Shown piece by piece: positions 54,023 through 62,448 of a stretch of 64,000 nt of DNA; within the stretch, counting starts at the first letter, position 1; each line of letters begins with the position of its first letter. Where the stretch lies: assembly GCA_963555825.3 (NCBI GenBank), contig CAUVXB020000002.1, forward strand, positions 2,720,001 to 2,784,000, written 5' to 3'. The translations under genes were made by a program, and so were the position numbers. The notes beneath the pieces are model-generated. The model saw nothing but the letters and a program-made list of their open reading frames with translations, made no database searches and had not been told where the DNA came from. The DNA comes from Alphaproteobacteria bacterium. Its GTDB lineage: Bacteria; Pseudomonadota; Alphaproteobacteria; JAAXGF01.

Positions 54023-55472
54023 GGCGATGTCCCTATCTCTGTTGAAATTCGTGGGGCAGGCGTCGCTGGTTGATGATGCTATGCTGCCTTCATGATGGTT
54101 TCAATGGCACTGTCGGCCTGAGCCTTTCTCAAGTGTTCCTGGAGAGCATTTCGGAGGATGGGCAGCTGGCGATAGGCCTTGAGGCGACGGAAGGTTTTCT
54201 GGGCCTCCAGCAGGCCGGCGGCGGTCCATCTGAGCGCCATCTCGGCGTGTCTCCAGCGTTTGACGTTGCGGGTGACCTGGCGCACCGTGCCGAGCGCGTT
54301 CTCGACGATGTTGGTGCAGGCGAGCGAGCGCCGGAGTTCGTGCGGCAGGCCGAGGCGGATGACGGTGAGGATCTCGTCCAGCCCCTCCAGGATGCTGCCC
54401 GAGACGCCCGGTTCCTCATGCTCCAGACGCCGGACCAGGTTGCGCAAGAGCCGCTCGGCCTTGTTTGCGTCGTCCTGGTCCCAGGCCTGACGGAGCGCCT
54501 TCTTGACGCTCGCGTGCAAATGTTGGGGCAGGCGCTCGATGATGTTACGGCCCTTGTGGACCTGGCAGCGCTGGATGGCGGCGGCCACACCGAAGGTGTT
54601 TCGGATCGCTTTGCTGAGTGCCTTCGCGCCATCGACGATGAACAGCCGCGGCAGTGTCGGATCGAGCCCCCTGGCGAGGAGATTGTCGATCAAGGCCTGG
54701 ACGACGACCGTGTTCTCCGTCGCCCCCTCGACCACGGCCAGGACATGCTTGTCGCCGTTGCCATCGACGCCGATCGCCGCCATCAGGACATGGTCGCCGA
54801 CATGCAGACCGTCGATCTGGATGACTAGCAGGTCGAGTTCCGAGAGATCCGAGGCGAGCCAGGCCTTCATCTTCTTGCGTGACAGCGCCACAAAGCGCCG
54901 GGAAACGGCCGACTTCGAGGTGCCGTCGCCACGCGCTTTCGCCAGGTCGCCCTCGGGCAGACGGACCGCGCGGTGGTACTTGCGGGTCGACACGTTCAGC
55001 ACCATCAGGTTGAGCGCCCACTCGAGCAGCAGGTTGCCATCGCGTAGCGCCTGCCAACTCTCCAAGCTCACCTCTTTGCCCGCCCGGTCACGAACCCGTG
55101 GCCGGGCCACCTTCACTTTGCCGCCGTGGTAGCCGATCTCGCTATGTGTCCTGCCCCAGCGATAACCTCGACGGTCCCCATGGCGGCGATGTCGGGCCCC
55201 GCACACGGTCGTGGCGTCCTCCTCCATCATCTCGGCCAAGGCCTCGACCCCGGCCAGAAGACAAAACCGATCCACGCTGAGACGGACTGCGTCCATCGCG
55301 TCTGCCAGCGGCGGCATAGGAAACGAGGTGGCAAGGGCTTTCGGGCTACTGGAACTACGGATATTCTTTCCCATGGTGTCGTTCTCCCTCTTGGGTTTGC
55401 AGCACCCGGAGCCTAACGGCTCCAGGAGAGCGACACCTACCTCAACTTTTCAACATCGACCGGGACATCTCC
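54023..55472 (-). mobile_element. IS256-family element (copy C, related to copy A)
   Basis: IRs GGCGATGTCCCTATCTCTGTTGAAA / TTTCAACATCGACCGGGACATCTCC, no target duplication. Confidence 0.88.
54079..55374 (-). CDS. IS256-family transposase
   Basis: SKSAVSRRF, IQIDGLH, EGATEN, FIVDGAKAL, QRCQVHK.RNI, CTNIVEN. Confidence 0.93.
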   Translation of the reverse strand: MGKNIRSSSSPKALATSFPMPPLADAMDAVRLSVDRFCLLAGVEALAEMMEEDATTVCGARHRRHGDRRGYRWGRTHSEIGYHGGKVKVARPRVRDRAGKEVSLESWQALRDGNLLLEWALNLMVLNVSTRKYHRAVRLPEGDLAKARGDGTSKSAVSRRFVALSRKKMKAWLASDLSELDLLVIQIDGLHVGDHVLMAAIGVDGNGDKHVLAVVEGATENTVVVQALIDNLLARGLDPTLPRLFIVDGAKALSKAIRNTFGVAAAIQRCQVHKGRNIIERLPQHLHASVKKALRQAWDQDDANKAERLLRNLVRRLEHEEPGVSGSILEGLDEILTVIRLGLPHELRRSLACTNIVENALGTVRQVTRNVKRWRHAEMALRWTAAGLLEAQKTFRRLKAYRQLPILRNALQEHLRKAQADSAIETIMKAA

Positions 55473-55478
55473 AGGCTC

Positions 55479-56228
55479 TCAAGGTAGTGCGGTGCAGCCG
55501 CCGTCGACGATAAGCTCGGTGCCAGTGATGAAGGACGCCTTGTCGGACAGCAGAAACAAGCAGGCGTCGGAAATGTCCTGGGTCGCGCCGATGCGGCCGA
55601 TCGGCACAGACGCGGCAATTTCCGCCAACACGTCGTCCTTGCCTTGCCAGCGTTCCTGCAGGGGCGACATCACCGGCCCGGGCAGGATGCTGTTGGAGCG
55701 GATACCGTCGCCGGCGAACTGGATGGCCAGGGATTTCGAGAGTCGGATCACCGCCGCCTTGGACGCGCCGTAGGCGTCCTGGGGTTTGCCGTCGCCGCGC
55801 AGGCCATCGACCGAGGCGATATGGACCATGGCGCCGCCGCCCGACGCCGCCATCGCGGGGATGGCGTGTCGCGCGGTCAGGGCGTGGGATTTGAGGTTGA
55901 TGGCCATCACCCGGTCGAAGACATCCATGTCCATGTCGACCACCGACTTGTCGCGATCGAACCACAGCACCCCGGTGGTGTTGACCAGATAGTCAAGCCC
56001 GCCATGGGCCTCGACGGCGGAGCCGATGACCGACTTGACGAAAGCCTCATCGGTCGCGTCGCCCTGGTGATAGGCCGCACTGCCCGGCCGGTCGGCGATA
56101 ACCTCCGGGCGGTCTTTCAGATCGAGCAGGGTGACATGGGCGCCAGCGGCGATCAGATCATTGGCGATGTTCAGTCCCATACCGCCGCCCGCGCCGGCAA
56201 CCACGGCTATTTTTCCCTTAAAATTCAC
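55479..56228 (-). CDS. Short-chain dehydrogenase/reductase
   Basis: GAGGGMG, LVNTTG, YGASK (YxxxK), ASFITGTELIVDGG. Confidence 0.93.
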   Translation of the reverse strand: MNFKGKIAVVAGAGGGMGLNIANDLIAAGAHVTLLDLKDRPEVIADRPGSAAYHQGDATDEAFVKSVIGSAVEAHGGLDYLVNTTGVLWFDRDKSVVDMDMDVFDRVMAINLKSHALTARHAIPAMAASGGGAMVHIASVDGLRGDGKPQDAYGASKAAVIRLSKSLAIQFAGDGIRSNSILPGPVMSPLQERWQGKDDVLAEIAASVPIGRIGATQDISDACLFLLSDKASFITGTELIVDGGCTALP

Positions 56229-56281
56229 TACCTTAACCTCTTATGAAGCCGAAACAATCGGCGACGGATCCGGACGCGGGA

Positions 56282-56986
56282 TCAGCCGACCCAGAAGGCC
56301 TTTTCGAGGTCGTCGAAGTCCGACGGCGCGCCCTCGAACTTGTTCTTGCCGAGTTCCAGCACATAGACGTAATCGGCGATTTTCAGGGCCTGGCGTATTT
56401 CCTGATCGACGATCAGGATGGTCAGCCCCTCCTTGTCGCGGAGGTCGACGAGCATCTGATAGACCTCCTCGGCGAGCATCTTGGAGAGCCCCGCCGTGGG
56501 CTCGTCGACCAACAGAACCTTCGGCTCCGACATCAGGGTGCGGCCGATTTCGACCATCCGCTGCTGGCCGCCCGAAAGCTCGCCGGTGATTTGATTGCGC
56601 TTGTAGCGCAACACCGGGAAGCGTTCGTAATTCTGCTCGATCTTTTCGCGCACTTGCTTCATGTCGCGACGGAAGGTCCAGCCGCCGAGTTCGAGATTCT
56701 CCTGGACCGACATGTCCTTGAACACGCCGGGCTGCTGGGGAATATAGGCCAGCCCCTTGAGAATCCGCTTGTACGCGGGGATGTCTATGATGCTTTCGCC
56801 GGCCAGCAGAACATCGCCTTCATTGGGGCGCAGGAAGCCGAACATTGCCTTCAAGGCGGTCGATTTACCGACCCCGTTGGCGCCCAGCACCGCCGTGATC
56901 TGGTTCGCCCTGGCCTTGATGGACAGGTCCTGAATGATGTTCAGGTCCTTGTAATAGCCGACATAGAGGTTCTTTACTTCGAGCAT
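56282..56986 (-). CDS. Branched-chain amino acid-type ABC transporter ATPase (LivF-like)
   Basis: GANGVGKST, LSGGQQRM, LLVDEPTAGL. Confidence 0.92.
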   Translation of the reverse strand: MLEVKNLYVGYYKDLNIIQDLSIKARANQITAVLGANGVGKSTALKAMFGFLRPNEGDVLLAGESIIDIPAYKRILKGLAYIPQQPGVFKDMSVQENLELGGWTFRRDMKQVREKIEQNYERFPVLRYKRNQITGELSGGQQRMVEIGRTLMSEPKVLLVDEPTAGLSKMLAEEVYQMLVDLRDKEGLTILIVDQEIRQALKIADYVYVLELGKNKFEGAPSDFDDLEKAFWVG

Positions 56987-56990
56987 GACA

Positions 56991-57764
56991 TCACGGCTCC
57001 GGCTGCTCCGCGGCGGCGGCGGGCGGGGGACCTTCATGATCGTCGTCATCGACGCCGAGATAGGCCTCGATGACGGTCGGGTCGCGTTTCACATCATCGG
57101 GCAGTCCGTCGGCGATAAGATCGCCGTAGTTGAGCACCAGCAGGCGCCGACACAGGGTGAAGATCGAATCCATCTGATGGCTGATCAGGATGATCGCCGT
57201 GCCCTCGTCATTCACCCGCTCGATATATTTGTAGATGATGCCCATGAGCCGGGGATGAACCCCCGCGAAGGGCTCATCGAGGATGATGACTTCGGGGTCG
57301 AGCATCAAAAGCCGGCCCAGCTCGAGCAGCTTCTGCTGGCCGCCCGACAGGGCCTGGGCGTATTCATTGCGCAGGTGATCCATGGTCAGAAACTCGAGGA
57401 CTTCCATGGATTTTTCATGGAGCTCCGCCTTGTTGGCGGCGTTATCCAGGGCCAGAGACGGCACATAGAGGTTTTCCAGCACGGTCATGCGGCGGAACGA
57501 CCGGGTGACCTGAAAGGTGCGCCCGAGACCGGCCCGCGCCACTTCGTAGGGCTGCAACTGGTCGATGCGCTCGCCGTTGAGATAGACCGTGCCGCTGTTG
57601 GGCTTGATCGCGCCGTCCAGGATATTGGTCAGGGTCGTCTTGCCGGCGCCGTTGGGCCCGATCAGACCGATCAGCTCGGGCCCGTTGATCTCGAAGGTGA
57701 CGTCCTTGAGAACATGGTTGCCACCGAAGCGCTTGTTCAGGTCATGGACCACGAGGTTGGTCAT
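56991..57764 (-). CDS. Branched-chain amino acid-type ABC transporter ATPase (LivG-like)
   Basis: GPNGAGKTT, GLGRTFQ, LSGGQQKLLELGR, LDEPFAGV, VIEAYLG. Confidence 0.92.
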   Translation of the reverse strand: MTNLVVHDLNKRFGGNHVLKDVTFEINGPELIGLIGPNGAGKTTLTNILDGAIKPNSGTVYLNGERIDQLQPYEVARAGLGRTFQVTRSFRRMTVLENLYVPSLALDNAANKAELHEKSMEVLEFLTMDHLRNEYAQALSGGQQKLLELGRLLMLDPEVIILDEPFAGVHPRLMGIIYKYIERVNDEGTAIILISHQMDSIFTLCRRLLVLNYGDLIADGLPDDVKRDPTVIEAYLGVDDDDHEGPPPAAAAEQPEP

Positions 57765-58984
57765 GTCGGGCTCTCCGCCTTGCCCGTCTCGCCCGCGGCC
57801 GTCGTCCGCTTGGCCACGGTCTCGGCGGCGACATGGCCGCGGGTGAAATAATCGATGAGCGGCGCGATCAGCCCGTTGCGGAAGAACCGCAGGGTGATCA
57901 TCAGCAGTGCGCCGAAGACCACCAGACGCCACACCGTCATGTCGAGGGTGAAGGGGCCGATCTCGAAGGAATTGCGCAGCAGCTCGAGCACGAAATTGAT
58001 GGCGATCGCGCCGATCGCCGCGGCGACGACATTCTCGACCCCGCCGATGACCGCCATGGCGACCACCAGGCTCATCTGCAGGATCATCAGATTGTTGGGC
58101 GTGATGATGCGGATGTAATGGGCCATCACGGCGCCGGCCGCCGCCGCCATCATCGAGGTGAGCACGAACACCATGAGCTTGTACCGCGTCGTGTTGACGC
58201 CGAGCGCCGCCGCCGCGTCCTGGTCCTCGCGCAGGGCGCGTACGAACAGGCCGAATTTTGACTTCGTCAACCACAGCATGACGGCGAGGCAGAACAGAAG
58301 CAGGAAGAGCATGATGAAATAGGGCGGCAGCTTGTCGGTCTTATCGTAATGGGTGCCGAACAGGGTTATGCCGGCGTCGAACAGATAGGGCAGCTCGATG
58401 CCCGCCTGGCCGCGCGTGATGGAAATTTCGGCGCTGATCGCGGCGCGCAGGATCTCCGAAAAACCCAAGGTGAACAGGGCCAGATAAGCGGCCCGCAAGG
58501 GCAGCACGAGAAGCCCGATCAGCAGGCCGAATAGGCCGCCCATGAGGGTGCCCAGTATGATGCCGAGCCACACCGGCATGGGGGTGATCTGCACAGAGCC
58601 GTCCCACACGGCGAGCGCCTTGCGCAGGCAATCCTGGGTCAGGGTCGACGAGGTGACGCCGATGGGGTCGACGATGACCAGATACTGGGAGCCCACGAGA
58701 AATTCGGTGCAAAACCCGGTCGGCACCGGGGACAGATAGAAATAATGGCTGAACAGCGCCGCGGTATAAGCGCCGACGCCCATGAACCCCATGTGACCGA
58801 ACGAGAACTGTCCGGCGTAACCCGACAGCATCGACCAACTCGACGCGAGGATCGCGTAGAAGAAGCCGGCGATGAGCAGATGCATGATGTAGGGATAGTC
58901 ATTCGCCGTATAGATAAACGGAAAGACCGCGAAAAACAGGACCAGGACCAAGCCTGCCGCTTGAGGTATGCGTGTTCTGGTCAA
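57761..58984 (-). CDS. ABC transporter permease (LivM-like)
   Basis: GYAGQFSFGHMGFMGVGAY, LRAAYLALFTLGFSE, ALREDQDAAAALGVN. Confidence 0.92.
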   Translation of the reverse strand: MTRTRIPQAAGLVLVLFFAVFPFIYTANDYPYIMHLLIAGFFYAILASSWSMLSGYAGQFSFGHMGFMGVGAYTAALFSHYFYLSPVPTGFCTEFLVGSQYLVIVDPIGVTSSTLTQDCLRKALAVWDGSVQITPMPVWLGIILGTLMGGLFGLLIGLLVLPLRAAYLALFTLGFSEILRAAISAEISITRGQAGIELPYLFDAGITLFGTHYDKTDKLPPYFIMLFLLLFCLAVMLWLTKSKFGLFVRALREDQDAAAALGVNTTRYKLMVFVLTSMMAAAAGAVMAHYIRIITPNNLMILQMSLVVAMAVIGGVENVVAAAIGAIAINFVLELLRNSFEIGPFTLDMTVWRLVVFGALLMITLRFFRNGLIAPLIDYFTRGHVAAETVAKRTTAAGETGKAESPT

Positions 58985-60249
58985 AACTTACCGTGCGCCC
59001 CGCTGGCGAACCGGCGGCCGAACAGCCCGGTGGGCCGCAGCAAGAGGGTGAGCGTCAGGATGATCATGCCGTAGGCCGGGATATAGGAGGCCGCTTTCTG
59101 GGCGTCCGGCAGGCAGCCGGTGCCCGCCGCCTCGAAGAGGCCGACGATGACCCCGCCGACAAACGCGCCGGGTATGGAGCCCAAGCCGCCGAGGACCAAA
59201 ATCACGAAGGACCGCATGGCGGGAATTGCGCCGACCTGGGGCAGCCAGGAAAATGCCTGGACCAGCATGGCGCCGGCGAGAGCGGCGATCATGCCGCCCA
59301 GGGCAAAGGCCAGCATGTTCATGCGGTCGGGGTTGATGCCGGCGATGGCCGCCGCCTCGCGGTCCTGGCTGACCGCGCGCAAGGCCTTGCCCTGCCAGGT
59401 CCGGTGAAGGAACAGGAGCAGCAGGCCGAAGACGATGATGCACATCACCGCCGCCGTGAAGCGCGGATTGGATATGGAAACGGTGTCGAACAGTTCCATG
59501 TTGCCGCGGCTGGTCTTGATCAGCCAGGGGTCTTCGGCCGACGGCAGGCGGATGCGGGGGAAATCGAAATATCGGGCCGCCTTGAACGGATTGGCGCCGG
59601 CAGTGGCCTGGACGAAATACTGAATGGTGAAGGCCAGCCCGAAGGTCACCAGGATGCCGTATTCGACCGGCCTGTCGACCTTGCCCTCATACATCGGGGT
59701 CAGGAACATCCGTTCGAACAGCGCGCCGAGAATGAAGGCGGACATGCAGGCGATCGAGATGGCGACAACCGGGTTCATGCCGGGGAACCAGACACTGGTC
59801 AGGAAATAGGTGATCATCCCGCCGATCATGTAGAACTCGCCGTGGGCGAAGCTGACCACGCCCAGGATGGAAAAGATCAACGTCAGCCCGAGCGCCATGA
59901 AGCCGTAGATGATACCGATAATCAGTCCGTTGACAATCTGCGAGGCAACGAAAGAGCCGTTCGAGACGCAAAAGTTATCCGGGTCGGCGAAACCGAAGGC
60001 GATCATCAGAACGGCGACCGAGGCGAGTGCCGGGGCGACCATCAAACGGGTGGTTATGGTCGGCGTATTCAAATACAGCGGAACCAGGCCGAAGGGGCCC
60101 GTCGCGGCCCCCAGCATGGCGCCAACGAAAGGCGCGTTCGAGGTATCCAGGTCCCGGCGCAGATAGGCGTGGCGGATGGCGAAACTCCCGGTCACGGCCC
60201 AGAAGACCATCCAGGCAAGCGTCAACCAGAAAATATATGGAAATTCCAC
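58981..60249 (-). CDS. ABC transporter permease (LivH-like) with N-terminal extension
   Basis: NGLIIG..YG.MALGLTLIF..LGVVSFAHGE, GKALRAVSQD..AA...GI, LGGLGSIPGA. Confidence 0.92.
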   Translation of the reverse strand: MEFPYIFWLTLAWMVFWAVTGSFAIRHAYLRRDLDTSNAPFVGAMLGAATGPFGLVPLYLNTPTITTRLMVAPALASVAVLMIAFGFADPDNFCVSNGSFVASQIVNGLIIGIIYGFMALGLTLIFSILGVVSFAHGEFYMIGGMITYFLTSVWFPGMNPVVAISIACMSAFILGALFERMFLTPMYEGKVDRPVEYGILVTFGLAFTIQYFVQATAGANPFKAARYFDFPRIRLPSAEDPWLIKTSRGNMELFDTVSISNPRFTAAVMCIIVFGLLLLFLHRTWQGKALRAVSQDREAAAIAGINPDRMNMLAFALGGMIAALAGAMLVQAFSWLPQVGAIPAMRSFVILVLGGLGSIPGAFVGGVIVGLFEAAGTGCLPDAQKAASYIPAYGMIILTLTLLLRPTGLFGRRFASGAHGKF

Positions 60250-60331
60250 GCTCTACCTCGCCCCTGTCTTGATCCTAGGAGTACGTTCCAGGTCATGGGA
60301 ATAAGATGATTATCATAAAGAAAAAGATTCA

Positions 60332-60381
60332 AGAAAACCTCCGGCGGCATTCCGCGAAGAGCGGGCGCCGCCGGCGGGGTC
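60332..60381 (-). terminator. Stem-loop plus U-tract between the binding-protein and permease genes
   Basis: Minus strand: CCGCCGGCGGCG...TGCCGCCGGAGG followed by TTTTCTT. Confidence 0.55.
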
Positions 60382-60407
60382 TCAACAATAACTACTTACG
60401 CGTCCGC

Positions 60408-61649
60408 CTACTGACCGACGTAGATCGCGGGACCGGTCTTATAGGCATCCGGCCAGACGATGGTCGCCTCGAGGGAGCTTTGTCCCTCTGTCTGATACTG
60501 GATCATGGTCATGGCGGGATCGGGCCACTGGTGCCACCACTCGTCGCCCTTGCCGTCCGCGCCCGGGTCCTTCTTGGTCCCGTATGGGAAGTAGATGCGG
60601 CCCAGGGTGCCTTCGTGGCTGATGCCCTCAAGCGCATCGACAATGGCGGGACCGTCGGTGGAGCCCGCCTCGTTCATGGCCTGGGCGAGTATGGCGATCG
60701 AGTCATAGGCTTCCATCGAATAGCTCTCGATGACGCCCCGGTTGGTCATTTTTTTATATTTTTCGTTCAGGGCCAGCGCCTTCTCGCTCCACAAATTCGC
60801 CGGCGTGCCAATACGCTGCACAAAAGCGTAGTTGCCGTCGGGGACGTTCTCCCAATAGGCCTTGCTCTCGAGCGACACCTGACCGGCCTGGAACGGAATG
60901 TCCTGAGGCCCCATGCCGGCGTCGGCCGCCTGCTGGGTGAAGTTGTAGCCCGCTTCGCCGGTCGCCAACACGATGATGTAGTCGGGCTTTTCGGCCTTCA
61001 TGCGCTCGACGATGCCGGCGTAGTCCTGGGTGCCGATATCGACGCTGAAGGTCACCGCCTCGATGCCGCCGCTCATCAGACCCTTGGAAGTCTCCTGGGC
61101 GGCCGGAATGCCGTAGTCGGTATTCTCGGTGAGGATCGCCACCTTCTTGATATTGGGCACCAGAAGCGCCGCTCTCCACAAAGTAGCTGACGCCCACGAA
61201 CTCAAGGGCGCGATGCGGAAGATGTACTTCTGCTTGTCGCCGGTGATGGTGTCGTTCCAGGTCTCGGCGAAGACCACGGGGATCTTACGGTTGTTGGCAA
61301 CATCCTTAGAGGCGACGCCGACCGAGCTGTGATAACCACCGCCGACCGCGACCACGCCGTCCTGGGTGATCAGCTTCTCCATGATGGCCGAGGCCTTTTC
61401 AGGCAGGCCTTCGGTATCGGCGATGACCACCTTGAGGTCGCAACCGAGAATGCCGCCGGCGTCGTTGATATCTTCTTCGGCAATCAACATCGCCGCGCGC
61501 ATGCCCTCGCCGCCGCCGACGGCGCCCGGCGCCGACAGAGGCGCAAGCCCGCCGATCTTGATGGTGCAGGCCGCCAGGGCAGTTCCGCTCGACAGCGCCA
61601 GAGCCATCGCCGCGACAAGGCCGACAGCGCCAATTTTAATTGGTTTCAT
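60408..61649 (-). CDS. ABC transporter periplasmic binding protein (LivJ/K-like)
   Basis: Signal peptide, IKIGGLAPLS, IN..GGILG, DTEGLPE, GGYHSSV, FRIAP, ENTDYG. Confidence 0.92.
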   Translation of the reverse strand: MKPIKIGAVGLVAAMALALSSGTALAACTIKIGGLAPLSAPGAVGGGEGMRAAMLIAEEDINDAGGILGCDLKVVIADTEGLPEKASAIMEKLITQDGVVAVGGGYHSSVGVASKDVANNRKIPVVFAETWNDTITGDKQKYIFRIAPLSSWASATLWRAALLVPNIKKVAILTENTDYGIPAAQETSKGLMSGGIEAVTFSVDIGTQDYAGIVERMKAEKPDYIIVLATGEAGYNFTQQAADAGMGPQDIPFQAGQVSLESKAYWENVPDGNYAFVQRIGTPANLWSEKALALNEKYKKMTNRGVIESYSMEAYDSIAILAQAMNEAGSTDGPAIVDALEGISHEGTLGRIYFPYGTKKDPGADGKGDEWWHQWPDPAMTMIQYQTEGQSSLEATIVWPDAYKTGPAIYVGQ

Positions 61650-61841
61650 GATATTTCTCCCTTAGGTTTTGAAAATTTAGATTCGTTGTATCGGCGTCTT
61701 TGACATTTGATTATTGAGCTTATGTTTAGACGCAGTACAGCTGGTAGGTTGACATGAGCGTAACCATAGATCAGACGATCATCAACCAAAAATAATGGTT
61801 AACCCCGCCGTGCAAGCCGATTGGATCGCTTTCACCAATAC

Positions 61842-62441
61842 TCAATCCATGTCGATCAGGCCCGCACCGGCGCCGTGCACGCGGGAGAAATCGGATTCGG
61901 GGGTAAGAATTTTGGCCGCCAGGATTTGCAGCCGACGCCAGGACTCCGGCTCGACATCGACACCCCGGTCGGGGGCGTTGTCCCAGGCATCGATGAAAAC
62001 CCGGGACGGGTTCGGCGGGTCGATGAATTCCGCAACCACTTCCACCGGCTCGCGGTATCCTTGCGCCGCCTCGACCTGACAAATACGTCCGCCGGCCATC
62101 GAATAAGCCGAGCCGTCCCAACTGACGCGGACCGGGCGCATCACCGACGAGAGATAGCCGGGGAGCAACCCCGGCGCCATCACGCAGGCCAGAGTGATCG
62201 AACGCTGCGTTCCCAGGAGAAGTCTGTCGCCGAGGGAAGGGCCGATGATCAGCGAGCTGGAGGGTGACTCCGCCAAGCCAGCCTGTTCCAGTAGATCGGT
62301 CAATAGGGGAATGGCGGCGAGACCGCTTCGGCTTAAGGTACGGACTGCTATGCCGGCCTCCTCCGCCAGGCCATAGGCCAATCCGCTACCCTGAACCGCC
62401 TTGCGCGTGGTCAGTTGGATTTCGTTCAGCGAGACGATCAT
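61842..62441 (-). CDS. DUF3726-like protein
   Basis: SLNEI....RKA..G.GL.YGLAEEAG.A N-terminus and PES..SR..GAGAG..D.D C-terminus. Confidence 0.7.
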   Translation of the reverse strand: MIVSLNEIQLTTRKAVQGSGLAYGLAEEAGIAVRTLSRSGLAAIPLLTDLLEQAGLAESPSSSLIIGPSLGDRLLLGTQRSITLACVMAPGLLPGYLSSVMRPVRVSWDGSAYSMAGGRICQVEAAQGYREPVEVVAEFIDPPNPSRVFIDAWDNAPDRGVDVEPESWRRLQILAAKILTPESDFSRVHGAGAGLIDMD

Positions 62442-62448
62442 AATGGCA

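Noticed and set aside
60302-60320. Fur-like box around ATGATTATCAT
   Set aside because: Only 13/19 to the E. coli consensus, internal to an operon, and no iron-related genes nearby.
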